64,000 nucleotides of DNA from Myxococcaceae bacterium (GCA_047602415.1 JASGHH010000001.1:3671166-3735165); one strand, 5' to 3'. Positions 36,200 through 46,523 are shown, counted from the stretch's first letter. Notes: generated from the letters alone by a model not told the origin. Program-made: numbers and translations.

Positions 36200-36999
36200 G
36201 ACGTTGGGTCTGGTTACTTCTGCTGTGGAGTGCGCCGGCGTTCGCCGGTCGAGTCGAGCTCGACGACGATGACCTCCAGAGCGCTCTCGGGTGGACCCAG
36301 GACAGCCGATACTTCGCGTGGGCGGGCCAGAAGAGCTGGGGCTACTGGGACGTCTCGACGGCGTCGGCGAAGCAATTCCAGGATCAGAGCGGCAAGGACA
36401 AGTGGCTCGAAGCGCACCCTCTGGCGCCCAAGAGAACAGGCCGCAAAGGCCCCAATGGAGCGATCGCCGAGGTGGTGATCACCAAGAACGATCGCCCTGG
36501 CAAGTGGGACGAGAAGAAGGCGGAGTGGACCCCCGAGGGCTACGCGGGCTCCGAGCTTCGGGTCTCGCGCGGAGGCAAGAGCTACATCTCCGTCGACTGG
36601 TTCTCGAGCGTGGACAACGTCACGCCGTATTGGTCGGAGGACGGCCGCCGGGTGGTCTGGGAGTTGTCCGAAGGCGGGGCGATGCGTCCCGTGCTCTACG
36701 ACACGCTCTGCTTCGGCACCGGCGGGTTTCCCCGGGTGCACGTCTTGGGTGACCCGACGCTGTTGAAGACGCGGGCGCCCGCGGTCAGGACTGCACTCGA
36801 CGCGCAGGGCTTCGTGACCCTCTACGTGGGGAAGTCGCTCAAGTCGCGCGACGCGACGGTCGTCTACGCGGCCGACGGGATGGAGGCGGAAGCAGCGAAG
36901 GCGGCGAAGGCCATCGGTGGCGCGAAGATCGAGAAGCTGAACTGGGTGGTCGACGCCGACCTGGTGGTGGCGCTCGGCGCCGACAAGGGGGTGAAGTGA
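36196..36999 (+). CDS. Secreted protein with C-terminal LytR_C-like domain (paralog of the next gene)
   Basis: Signal peptide MRRWVWLLLLWSAPAFAG. C-terminal ...AKAIGGAKIEKLNWVVDADLVVALGADKG. ATGA overlap with the cytochrome stop. Confidence 0.55.
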   Translation: MRRWVWLLLLWSAPAFAGRVELDDDDLQSALGWTQDSRYFAWAGQKSWGYWDVSTASAKQFQDQSGKDKWLEAHPLAPKRTGRKGPNGAIAEVVITKNDRPGKWDEKKAEWTPEGYAGSELRVSRGGKSYISVDWFSSVDNVTPYWSEDGRRVVWELSEGGAMRPVLYDTLCFGTGGFPRVHVLGDPTLLKTRAPAVRTALDAQGFVTLYVGKSLKSRDATVVYAADGMEAEAAKAAKAIGGAKIEKLNWVVDADLVVALGADKGVK

Positions 37000-37859
37000 T
37001 GAAGACGATCAGCGTGGCAGCGATGCTGTTCGCAAGCCTGGCGATGGCCGAGCCGTACCCCGAGTGGGTCGACGAGCTCCGCGGTGTGACGGCCGACGGC
37101 CGCTACCTGGTGTGGGTGGGCAAGGCCAGCGACGGAGAAACGGCCCTCACCTATCAAGTGGTCGAAGACATGATGCTCGGCAGCCACATTGCGTATCGGC
37201 AGGCAGACCCGGGCGATCTCCTCGACTCGCTGACACCGCAGGAGGCTCCTCATGGGCCTGCCGCGTTCCGGAAGTGGCTCGCGGCCCACCCGATCAAGCC
37301 GTTGATCGTCGACCGGAGCTCGCCCGACCACAAGCGGGTCGCCGACGTGGAAGTCAAAGCGGGAACAGGCTCCTGGGCCGGCGACTCCTTCAGCTCCGAC
37401 GGCACGGTGGGCTGCTCGCTGCTGGTGCGTCACGACGGAACGGCCGACGAGGTCGGGTTCTCCGGCAGCGGAGACGCGGTCTCGGTCGCTTGGTCTCCCG
37501 ATGGCAAGCACACCATCTGGGTCGTGCACCGCCGCGGCCGCTCGATCCGTGACGAACCCTCCGACGAGTTGGTGATCGGCACCGACGGCAGCCCGGCGGT
37601 CGCGGTGTTGGCGCCGAGGGCGAAGATGGGCCCCGCGAAGGACGTCGCCGAGAAGCTGGCCAAGGCCGGCTTCGAGGTGGGTTCGCTCGCGCCGATGATG
37701 AAGCCGCGCGACAAGAGCGTGGTGTTCGGCGCCAAGAACCAGCTCGAGCTGGCGAAGAAGGTCGCCGCTGCCGTCCCCGGCGGCGCCACCGTCGAGGCGC
37801 TCACCTGGCACACGCCCTTCGACGTGGTGGTGGCGCTTGGGCCCGACGCGCTGAAGTAG
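36999..37859 (+). CDS. Secreted protein with C-terminal LytR_C-like domain
   Basis: Signal peptide MKTISVAAMLFASLAMA. C-terminal AKDVAEKLAKAGFEVGSL...VEALTWHTPFDVVVALGPD. ATGA overlap with the upstream stop. Confidence 0.6.
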   Translation: MKTISVAAMLFASLAMAEPYPEWVDELRGVTADGRYLVWVGKASDGETALTYQVVEDMMLGSHIAYRQADPGDLLDSLTPQEAPHGPAAFRKWLAAHPIKPLIVDRSSPDHKRVADVEVKAGTGSWAGDSFSSDGTVGCSLLVRHDGTADEVGFSGSGDAVSVAWSPDGKHTIWVVHRRGRSIRDEPSDELVIGTDGSPAVAVLAPRAKMGPAKDVAEKLAKAGFEVGSLAPMMKPRDKSVVFGAKNQLELAKKVAAAVPGGATVEALTWHTPFDVVVALGPDALK

Positions 37860-37874
37860 GTACATTCGCCGCCG

Positions 37875-38480
37875 ATGGCCGACGAAGCCGACTACCTGGT
37901 CAGCGCCGCCTACGTCGACGAGATGCTCAAGCCGATCAAAGCGGCCGGGCACTTCGAGGCGTTGCTGGCCGAGCTCGGCCCGCGAACGAGCCAGATGGTC
38001 CTCCAGCCGTGGAGCGAACCGTTCCACCCGGCGGCGCTCACCGAATCGCTCGGCGAGCACATCGTGAAGATCGCCGGCGAGGAGTTCTACGCCGAGATGA
38101 CCTACCTCACGGTGAAGAACAAGTTCGGGCCGATTCTGCTGCCGCTGATGTCGACCACGGTGAAGAAGGGCTCGCCCGCCGGCTTCTTCAGCCGCCTCGA
38201 GGGCCTGGTCGACGCCGCGATCAAAGGCGTCACCATGCGCTGGGACAAGAAGTCGGAGCTCAACGGCACCCTCTGGGTGTTCTACCCGCGGGTGGTGTCG
38301 CCGGTGGTGGAGCACAGCTGGCGCGGCGTGATTCGTTTCATCTACGAGCTCACCCAGCGGCCGGGAAAGGTCGACGCCTTTCAGATCACCGCCGCCGGCA
38401 ACGCGCTCGAGTACCGCTTGTCGTGGCCCGCGGCGGAAGAGCCGAAACCCGCCCCGCCGGCGCCTCCTCATAAAAAGTGA
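37875..38480 (+). CDS. Hypothetical protein, likely the myxobacterial paralogous DUF2378/TIGR02265-like family
   Basis: 201 aa. Architecture similar to the 57073..57705 gene in this window. Confidence 0.45.
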   Translation: MADEADYLVSAAYVDEMLKPIKAAGHFEALLAELGPRTSQMVLQPWSEPFHPAALTESLGEHIVKIAGEEFYAEMTYLTVKNKFGPILLPLMSTTVKKGSPAGFFSRLEGLVDAAIKGVTMRWDKKSELNGTLWVFYPRVVSPVVEHSWRGVIRFIYELTQRPGKVDAFQITAAGNALEYRLSWPAAEEPKPAPPAPPHKK

Positions 38481-38525
38481 CCGAGGGGTCTTCTTTTCAA
38501 ATCAGGCCCCTGGTAGAGCGGCCCG

Positions 38526-38966
38526 ATGCGCGTTCGCCACATCGCGACCGAGAAGAAGGTCTACGACGCCGACTTCGCCTGCGCGGCGTGCGGCTACAAA
38601 GCCAAGGTGCAGGTGCTCGGCGTCGGAGTCGGCTCCGCTTCGGAGGGCCTGTTCGAGAGAGGCGCCGCGAGCGACGCGGTGATCGAAGCGCGGGCGAACA
38701 TCTCGGCCGACGTGCTGCGCTCGCTCGAGCTGGTGCGCTGTCGCAAGTGCGGCACCCGAAAGGGAATCAAGAAGTGGTCGGTGCAGGCCTGGTTGACCAG
38801 CGCGGCGTTCGCGTACGCCCTGGTGTGGATCGCCGAGAAGTTTCTGCCCGAGCCGTGGTTGCTCGCTCCGGGTCTGCTGCTGGTGCCGGCGATCTACTGG
38901 GTCTACTTCCGCCCGATGCTGCGGGTGGTCGACGAGCGGGTGAGCTTTCCCAGCCGGGGCTGGTGA
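38526..38966 (+). CDS. Zinc-ribbon plus 2-TM small protein, hypothetical
   Basis: CAACG...CRKCG, then hydrophobic helices. Confidence 0.5.
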   Translation: MRVRHIATEKKVYDADFACAACGYKAKVQVLGVGVGSASEGLFERGAASDAVIEARANISADVLRSLELVRCRKCGTRKGIKKWSVQAWLTSAAFAYALVWIAEKFLPEPWLLAPGLLLVPAIYWVYFRPMLRVVDERVSFPSRGW

Positions 38967-38970
38967 GGCT

Positions 38971-39870
38971 TCAGAACGGCTGACAGGCCTGGTGGCGAAA
39001 GTGCGTCACGCACAGTTGCCCGGTGGCGCCGGCGTCGACGGTGAAGCTCTGGGTGCACGCGCCGCCATCGAACCACTGGGTCTCGCCGCCGGAGCTGACC
39101 GAGAAATCGCAGACGAAGTTGGTGGTGACGAAGCCGCCGTCGGGGTCGGCGTTGGGCACCGGGCGCGCGTCGGCGTCGAGGTAGGTCAGCCCCGGAGTAG
39201 ACGTGTCGGGCGTCACGCTCAGCAGCACCCGCCACTGGGTGTCGTCGAGCACGGTGAGCGGCAGCTGCGCGGTCACCGCGCCGGCGGAGACCTTCGGCAT
39301 CACACCCGCGCTCAGCGCCACCACGTCGAACGCCATACCCTGGCTGAGCTGCTGCTCTTCGTCGATCGAGATGAACTCCGGTGTGTCGAGCGGCGCGAAG
39401 CCGTGCCCGCCCACCGTGCTGCCCGAAGGAGCGCTGGAGTCGAACACCACCTGCATCTGCTGCTCGGCGCCGACCGCGAGGTAGTTGTTGCCGAGAAAGG
39501 TCACGCCGTTGAGGGGCACGCAGTCGAGGTCGAAGCGGTCGTGGTACTTCTCGTCGCTCCCCTTCATCACCTTCACCGACAGCTCGCGCTTTTCGGCAGT
39601 GCCATCGGCGTCGCAGCGAACGCGCAGGCGCCAGCCACCGGTGGCGAGCTGCTCGCTCTCGAGCACGGTGAGGTTCGGCCCGCTCGCTTCGAGGGTGGTG
39701 CCGGTGAAGTCGGCGTGAAAGCCGGGAGAGCGCCGCGCATCGGGCAACAGCACGTCGGTGGCCAGGCCGTTCGCGACCTGGGTGAACTCGACGCCGAAGT
39801 AGAGCTGCTGGTCTTTGCCGTTGGGCTTCACGCAGCCGGCGAGCAGCAGCAGCAAGGCCGCGCGCTTCAC
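38971..39870 (-). CDS. Lipoprotein, hypothetical
   Basis: GTG start (VKRAALLLLLAGC lipobox) overlapping the upstream TGA (GTGA). Long N-terminal extension rejected. Confidence 0.55.
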   Translation of the reverse strand: MKRAALLLLLAGCVKPNGKDQQLYFGVEFTQVANGLATDVLLPDARRSPGFHADFTGTTLEASGPNLTVLESEQLATGGWRLRVRCDADGTAEKRELSVKVMKGSDEKYHDRFDLDCVPLNGVTFLGNNYLAVGAEQQMQVVFDSSAPSGSTVGGHGFAPLDTPEFISIDEEQQLSQGMAFDVVALSAGVMPKVSAGAVTAQLPLTVLDDTQWRVLLSVTPDTSTPGLTYLDADARPVPNADPDGGFVTTNFVCDFSVSSGGETQWFDGGACTQSFTVDAGATGQLCVTHFRHQACQPF

Positions 39871-40232
39871 TTGCGCCTCCGGATCATGCGCATCAGCAGG
39901 AACAGGCCGAAGCCACCGACCGGGAGCACGCCGCAGCCGCAGCCATACGTGTTGCCGCCGTAGTTGGCGCGCTCGACGCAGACCTTGCCGTCGGTGCCGC
40001 CGTCGGTGGGCACGTCGCTCGCGGCCACCTCGACGCTGCCGTCGGGCTGCCCGGCGTCGTCGGGAAACTCCCAGCGGATGCACTCGAAGTCGTAGTCGGG
40101 CCCCGAATTCTTGGTGGTGGAGCTCGAGCCGCCGCCGAACGGGTCGCCTCCGCCGCCATGGTGATTCGCCCAGGCCACGCACGGCAGGAGCCCCACGCAG
40201 AGCACCGCCCAAAGTCTGGTCCCCATCGTCAC
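39867..40232 (-). CDS. Small secreted Gly-rich protein with MYXO-CTERM sorting tag
   Basis: Signal peptide MGTRLWAVLCVGLLPCVAWA. C-terminal GCGCGVLPVGGFGLFLLMRMIRRRK. Confidence 0.65.
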   Translation of the reverse strand: MTMGTRLWAVLCVGLLPCVAWANHHGGGGDPFGGGSSSTTKNSGPDYDFECIRWEFPDDAGQPDGSVEVAASDVPTDGGTDGKVCVERANYGGNTYGCGCGVLPVGGFGLFLLMRMIRRRK

Positions 40233-40247
40233 AGTCTAATGGTTGCC

Positions 40248-40298
40248 GCAGACCGGCCGGCCGATCCGCAGGCGCAGACCGGCCGGCCAATCCGCAGG
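40248..40298. promoter_or_regulatory. Two tandem 25-bp direct repeats (gcagaccggccggccRatccgcagg, 24/25 identical) about 55-100 bp upstream of the sigma-54 activator gene; putative operator
   Basis: Read directly: copies at 40248-40272 and 40274-40298. Each has a central ccggccgg palindrome. Confidence 0.4.
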
Positions 40299-40351
40299 TG
40301 CCAGTCACTTTTCTGACCCGCATTCGAATCCTGAAGTACGTTGTTTGAATC

Positions 40352-41676
<1,325 letters not shown>

Positions 41677-41680
<4 letters not shown>

Positions 41681-42102
41681 ACCCCCACGCTCGAACCCGC
41701 TGGCTGCTGGGGCCGCTGCTGTTCTTCGGCTTCATGGGCTGCTTCGATCCGTTCGGGCTGGGCAACACCGACTGCGTCGGGCCGCAGGCCGCGGGCTCGC
41801 GGTGCCAGGTCGGCAAGTCGACCTGCTCGACGGGCTACTACTGCGCGCTCACCGAGACCTGCACCCGTGGCTGCGAGAAAGACTCGGACTGCCTGGTGAC
41901 CTGTCACTCGAGCACCGACAACGGCAACGGCTGCGGCGTGGGCGACGTCTGCGACGAAGACGCGGGCGCGTGCACGGCGAGCATACCGATGCGCTGCATC
42001 GAGGGTTTCTGCCAGGGCAACTGCCCGATGCCGCCGGCGTACGACGGAGGCCCATGCGAGTACGACCTCTACGGCCCGAGCAGCTTCGACGGAGGCTCCT
42101 AG
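41677..42102 (+). CDS. Cys-rich small lipoprotein (14 Cys)
   Basis: GTG start overlaps the EBP TGA. Lipobox FMGC. Confidence 0.6.
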
Positions 42103-42447
42103 ATGCGCGCCCTGCTCTTCGTCGCGTCGTTGTCGCTGGTCGCGTGCCACTCGGGCATCGGCAACACCTGCAAACAGAACGGCGACTGCGGTGGTTACGA
42201 CCTGGCGTACTGCTCGCGCGCGCGGCTGTGCACCCGGCCCTGCGGCGTCGACACTCCGACCGACCCCGACAAGAAGTTCTCGAGCACCTGCCCGAGCGAC
42301 TCGGCCTGCGTGCAAGAAGGCCCGCGGCTGGTGTGTCTCAGCACCTGCAAGACCTCGAAGGACTGCCCCGAGCACTACATCTGCAGCGACGAGGGCACGG
42401 CGAAGGTCTGCGAGCTCGCCACTCCACTGGGCCAGCCGCCCGGCTAG
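42103..42447 (+). CDS. Cys-rich small lipoprotein (12 Cys)
   Basis: ATG immediately after the upstream TAG. Lipobox LVAC. Confidence 0.6.
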   Translation: MRALLFVASLSLVACHSGIGNTCKQNGDCGGYDLAYCSRARLCTRPCGVDTPTDPDKKFSSTCPSDSACVQEGPRLVCLSTCKTSKDCPEHYICSDEGTAKVCELATPLGQPPG

Positions 42448-44129
42448 CGTTCCTCGAACCGCGCACCGAACGTTTCCGCGAGCGAGCGATGAGCAGCACC
42501 CTTGCCGACGATGGTCGATCTCGAGAAATCGATTCGATGCTCGACAGCGAAGGCCGCGAGCAACCCCGGTAACGGCGGCCTGCACCAGCACGCCGGAGGC
42601 CCGGCCGAATGCCGGCAAACGGAGACCTGCGCGTCAGCTCGAATCTTCTTCACCGACTCGACGAACTCAGCCGCCTGCGCCTGCGAGACATCCGGTTTCC
42701 ACGCGTAGACGAACACGCGCTCTGAGCCCTCGAGCAGCTTGGGATTCCCCTTCAGCGAGTCGGCGTTCACCAGGCGTGCAGCCGTCTCACCGAAGCCGGC
42801 GCCACGCGAGAAGGCCGAGACCTCGAGCGAGCTGAAACCCTCGTCCTGCGTGGGCTCCTCGACCTGCTTCAAAGTTCGGAAGTACGCATTGGGAGACAGC
42901 CGCGTCGGATTCTTCCCCTTGGCGAGCTCGGCAGGCTCGAGCAGCCGGGAGTGCGCCTTGAGCATGCGCAACACCACGTTCAGCTGCGCCTGCGCGGTGG
43001 GAATGTCGATCCAGATTCCGCGCACGGGCACGCCGTGCTTCGCGGCGACCTCGAGAAAGTCGCGGCGCTGCGCGCGGGTGACGAAGGTGTTGTCGAGCAC
43101 CACCCGCCGCTTGCCCTGCGCCAAATGCGCTCCGAGGCGCTGGGCCAAGTCCCTCAGTGTCCCGCCCTCGTCATCGCGGTTCAGCCGGGCGTAACCCTGC
43201 GTGGTCCAGCGTTCGACCGAGCTGGTCTTCCCCGAGCCCTGCACGCCCATCACCAGCACCACCTCACCCTCGCCGCTCGCGACGGGTGCCGGCGCGCTCA
43301 CCTTGCCACGGAGCTCCTCGAAGTCTTCTGCCGCGAGCTTCAACTTCGCGGACGCGGCCGCATCGCGCGCGGTCTCGGGTCGCCGAGCGCCGGGAATGAC
43401 GACCACGTTGGCGCTGAGATCCATCAGCGCGGCGAGCGCGACCTGCGCGGCGCTCACTCCCCGCCGCTGCGCCACCGCCTGAACGCCGGGCGCTTTGATC
43501 GCGTGCGCAGCCTTCTTCACTCCACCGAGCGGAGAGTGGGCGATCAACGTCAGCCCGAGCTCGAGGCAGCGACCCACCACGCCGGCCCGCAGCGCGGTGT
43601 CGTCGAAGAGACTGAACCCCTGCTGCACCGCCGAGATCGGCGCCAGGGCGGACGCCTCGTCGAGCTGATCGCGGGTGACATTCGACACGCCGATGCGCCG
43701 CACCATCTTCTGCTCGAGCAGCTCCGCCAGCGCGCGCACGGTGGTCGCCCACGGCACTTTCGGATCTGGCGCGTGCACCAGGTAGAGATCGATCGGCACG
43801 CCGTCGAGCTTCCGCAGGCTGGACTCGCAGTCGTCGCGAATCGCCTTCGCGCGACCATCTGGCACCCAGCGGCCGAACGGCCTGCGCATTCCACCCTTGG
43901 TCACCACCCGCGCTCGGGTACCCTTCAACAACCGGCCGAGCAGCGCCTCGTTGTGACCGAGCTCGCGATCATCGTGGCCATACGCGTGCGCGGTGTCGAA
44001 CACAGTGACACCGGCCTCGAGCGCGGCACGCACGGTGGCCTCCGCACGCGCGTCTTCGCGGTCGGCGTCGGTCGACAACCGCATGCAGCCCAGCCCGACG
44101 CGGAGCTCGTCAGGCTCGAGCCAGCTCAT
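42444..44129 (-). CDS. Fusion protein: aldo/keto reductase domain plus P-loop polynucleotide-kinase-like (AAA_33/Pnk) domain plus C-terminal Cx7CxCR..PGLL motif region
   Basis: AKR N-terminal region (VFDTAHAYG). P-loop GVQGSGKTS. C-terminal CRHSAGPPACWCRPPLPGLL resembles the GmhB/PNKP phosphatase zinc motif, but no DxDxT motif precedes it. Confidence 0.75.
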   Translation of the reverse strand: MSWLEPDELRVGLGCMRLSTDADREDARAEATVRAALEAGVTVFDTAHAYGHDDRELGHNEALLGRLLKGTRARVVTKGGMRRPFGRWVPDGRAKAIRDDCESSLRKLDGVPIDLYLVHAPDPKVPWATTVRALAELLEQKMVRRIGVSNVTRDQLDEASALAPISAVQQGFSLFDDTALRAGVVGRCLELGLTLIAHSPLGGVKKAAHAIKAPGVQAVAQRRGVSAAQVALAALMDLSANVVVIPGARRPETARDAAASAKLKLAAEDFEELRGKVSAPAPVASGEGEVVLVMGVQGSGKTSSVERWTTQGYARLNRDDEGGTLRDLAQRLGAHLAQGKRRVVLDNTFVTRAQRRDFLEVAAKHGVPVRGIWIDIPTAQAQLNVVLRMLKAHSRLLEPAELAKGKNPTRLSPNAYFRTLKQVEEPTQDEGFSSLEVSAFSRGAGFGETAARLVNADSLKGNPKLLEGSERVFVYAWKPDVSQAQAAEFVESVKKIRADAQVSVCRHSAGPPACWCRPPLPGLLAAFAVEHRIDFSRSTIVGKGAAHRSLAETFGARFEER

Positions 44130-44746
44130 CGCTCGGGACAGCTCGGGTCAGACGAGGCCCAGACGTCGACGTCGTCGATCTCGAGGGTGTCGCCCATCAC
44201 CGCGTTCATTCCGGTCGGCCGGGTGTTCTGCACCTCGAACACCAGCTGAACCGTCTTCGCGTTGTTGTTGGGCTGGCGGAGGTTGATGGACGGAGGCTCG
44301 CGCCCCCAGTCGGTGCCGCCGGGTGCGGAGAACTCCGCGCTCACTCCGTTGCCGGTCGCATCGGTGAGCAGCAGCCGCATCTTCATGAACGGAGTGGTGC
44401 CCTTGACCCACGCGTGCGCGCAGATCGTCTGCATGCCGGCGTCGGTGATCACGTTCGGCACGTAATAGAACTTGCCGGCGCCGTTGTTGCCCGCGGTGAG
44501 GCGCGCGTTGCGCATTCCGCCGTGCGCCGATCCGCTCGGGAAATCGAGGGTTCCGAACTGCGACGCCCACTCCGCGGGGTTCGCGCCACCACACTCGAAG
44601 GTGTTGTTGTGGACCAGGTTGGGGGGATTGAGCGGCATCCCGTCGCAGGTGGTGTCGACGCCACCGTCGGTGCCTCCGTCGTTGCCGTTCGAAGGGGAAC
44701 CACACGCGATGAGAACGAGAGCCGCGGCGAAGGTGAGTGCACGCAC
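44126..44746 (-). CDS. Lipoprotein, hypothetical; translationally coupled (ATGA) to the AKR-kinase fusion
   Basis: Lipobox LIAC. 206 aa. Confidence 0.55.
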   Translation of the reverse strand: MRALTFAAALVLIACGSPSNGNDGGTDGGVDTTCDGMPLNPPNLVHNNTFECGGANPAEWASQFGTLDFPSGSAHGGMRNARLTAGNNGAGKFYYVPNVITDAGMQTICAHAWVKGTTPFMKMRLLLTDATGNGVSAEFSAPGGTDWGREPPSINLRQPNNNAKTVQLVFEVQNTRPTGMNAVMGDTLEIDDVDVWASSDPSCPER

Positions 44747-44806
44747 GGCGCAGTTTCATCGCCCAACGCGCCGTCGAAGGCAATCCCGGGCATACTTCGC
44801 CGGCCG

Positions 44807-46459
44807 ATGCTGACGCCCTGCAGCCACTGCGGTGACTCGCACGACGAGGCGTTGCAGGCGTGTCCGCGGTCGGGGCTCTTACGCAGCTTCGAGGGGCCGT
44901 GCGGCAAGACGATCGACCGCTACAAGGTCGAGCGGCTGGTCGGCGCCGGTGGCTTCGGCACGGTGTACAGCGCGAAGCACGCGCACACCCACCAGCCGGT
45001 GGCGCTGAAGCTGCTGCGGCAGGAGCTGGCGAAGGAACCGCAGATGCTGGAGCGGCTGTTCCTCGAGGCGCGCGCCGCGGCCGTGGTCGACGATCCCCGC
45101 ATCGTTCGAGTGAGCGACTGCGGCGTGGCGGCGACCGGTGATGCGTTCATCGCAATGGAGCTGCTCGAAGGCGGCGATCTGCGAGAGCTGTCGCGCGAGG
45201 CCGAGCTGCTGACGCTCCGCCGGGTGGTGGAGATCATGATCGACGTGCTCGAAGCGCTCGACGCCGCGCACGCCAAGGGCGTGGTGCACCGCGACTTGAA
45301 GCCGGCGAACGTGTTCCTCGCCAACGTGCAAGGACAGCAGCAGGTGAAGCTGCTCGACTTCGGCATCTCGAAGGTGCGCGGCGCAGACTCCAGCGGGCTG
45401 ACCCGCTCGAACGTCGCGCTCGGCACGCCGACCTACATGGCGCCGGAGCAGATGCGCAACGCGCGCGACGTCGATGCGCGGGCAGACGTCTATTCCGTCG
45501 GAGCGATGACCTACGAGCTGCTGGCCGGTGAGCCTCCGTTCGTGGGCGCGGGGTACGAAGACGTAGTGGTGAAGGTGCTGACCGCCGCGTTCACCCCGCT
45601 GCGCGATCTCAACCCGAGGCTGCCGGTGCCGCTGTGCTCCGCGATTCAGCGCGCGCTGGCACGCGACCCGGCCGAGCGGTGGCCGACCGCGAAGGCGTTC
45701 GCCGATGCGCTGCGCTCTGCCCTGCAAGACACGCCGGCCGAGTCGATCACGGTGACCGCCGGTCAACCGTACGAGCCGACGATGCCTTCGCCGGCGAAGA
45801 ACGAGCCGGTGCGCCGCAACACTGCGACGCCGGCGGTCTCGCCGATGCCTCCGCCCGCGCAGGTGACCGCGGCTCCAATTCCGCAGCGCTCAGGTTTGGG
45901 CACCGGCTTGATTCTCGGGGCGCTGATCGCGATCGCTGCGGGCGCGCTCGGCGTCTTCGCCACGCGCGAACACGGTCCCTCTCCTGACAGGAGAGGGCCG
46001 ACGAGCCCATCGGGCTCGCGGGGTGAGGTTATCGAACCACCTGCCCCGAAACCGCCCGAGCCAATCGCTGTTCAAGAGCCCCGCAAACCGCCACCTGAGC
46101 CGATCAAAATCGACGAACCGCCCAAGCCGCCGCACAAGCTGGTGATGCCCGAAGGACCGGTGCTGATTCACGAGCCGAACATCATCGGCCAGCTCGACTA
46201 CGCTGCGGTGCGCACGCTGCTCAACGGCGCGCGCGCTTCACTCGACGAATGCCGCGGAGCGAAGACGGTGACGGTGTTCGTTCACCTCCACACCCACGGC
46301 GAAGGCGTGACGCTCGCGCGCGACGACCCAAACGAGAAGAACGTGGATCTCGAAGCCGCGCGCTGCGTGGCGAATCACCTGAAGGCCGCGGCCGGCTACG
46401 GCTGGAAGAGCGGCGGCTCGGGAATCGTCGCGGTGTCGGTGACGCTCGGCGCGCGATGA
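44807..46459 (+). CDS. Hanks-type serine/threonine protein kinase with N-terminal Cys-rich motif, TM helix and extracellular C-terminal domain
   Basis: HRDLKPAN, DFG, APE motifs. The upstream part of ORF 44414 is junk. Confidence 0.85.
   Translation: MLTPCSHCGDSHDEALQACPRSGLLRSFEGPCGKTIDRYKVERLVGAGGFGTVYSAKHAHTHQPVALKLLRQELAKEPQMLERLFLEARAAAVVDDPRIVRVSDCGVAATGDAFIAMELLEGGDLRELSREAELLTLRRVVEIMIDVLEALDAAHAKGVVHRDLKPANVFLANVQGQQQVKLLDFGISKVRGADSSGLTRSNVALGTPTYMAPEQMRNARDVDARADVYSVGAMTYELLAGEPPFVGAGYEDVVVKVLTAAFTPLRDLNPRLPVPLCSAIQRALARDPAERWPTAKAFADALRSALQDTPAESITVTAGQPYEPTMPSPAKNEPVRRNTATPAVSPMPPPAQVTAAPIPQRSGLGTGLILGALIAIAAGALGVFATREHGPSPDRRGPTSPSGSRGEVIEPPAPKPPEPIAVQEPRKPPPEPIKIDEPPKPPHKLVMPEGPVLIHEPNIIGQLDYAAVRTLLNGARASLDECRGAKTVTVFVHLHTHGEGVTLARDDPNEKNVDLEAARCVANHLKAAAGYGWKSGGSGIVAVSVTLGAR
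45977..46017 (+). repeat. 41-bp double-hairpin element (ccctctcc-tgaca-ggagaggg ... gagccc-atc-gggctc) embedded in the kinase ORF; an inverted copy lies at 46483-46522
   Basis: Read directly. The reverse complement of 46483-46522 matches 45977-46017 at about 37 of 41 positions, including the identical tgaca loop. Confidence 0.6.
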
Positions 46460-46482
46460 CGGTGGGCTCTAACCTCACCCCG

Positions 46483-46522
46483 GAGCCCTTTGGGCTCTCG
46501 GCCCTCTCCTGTCAGGAGAGGG
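46483..46522. terminator. Double hairpin (gagccc-ttt-gggctc and ccctctcc-tgtca-ggagaggg) between convergent genes; probable bidirectional terminator and second copy of the 41-bp element
   Basis: Abuts the TAG of the minus-strand lipoprotein gene and lies 24 nt after the kinase stop. Confidence 0.5.
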
Positions 46523-46523
46523 G

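Noticed and set aside
40310-40345. tRNA-like T-loop sequence ttcgaatcc
   Set aside because: No matching T-stem, acceptor stem or anticodon arm could be folded. It lies in the 5' UTR of the EBP gene.
44414-44806. N-terminal 131-aa extension of the second Ser/Thr kinase
   Set aside because: Arg-rich alternate-frame sequence overlapping the divergent lipoprotein gene. The kinase begins at ATG 44807.
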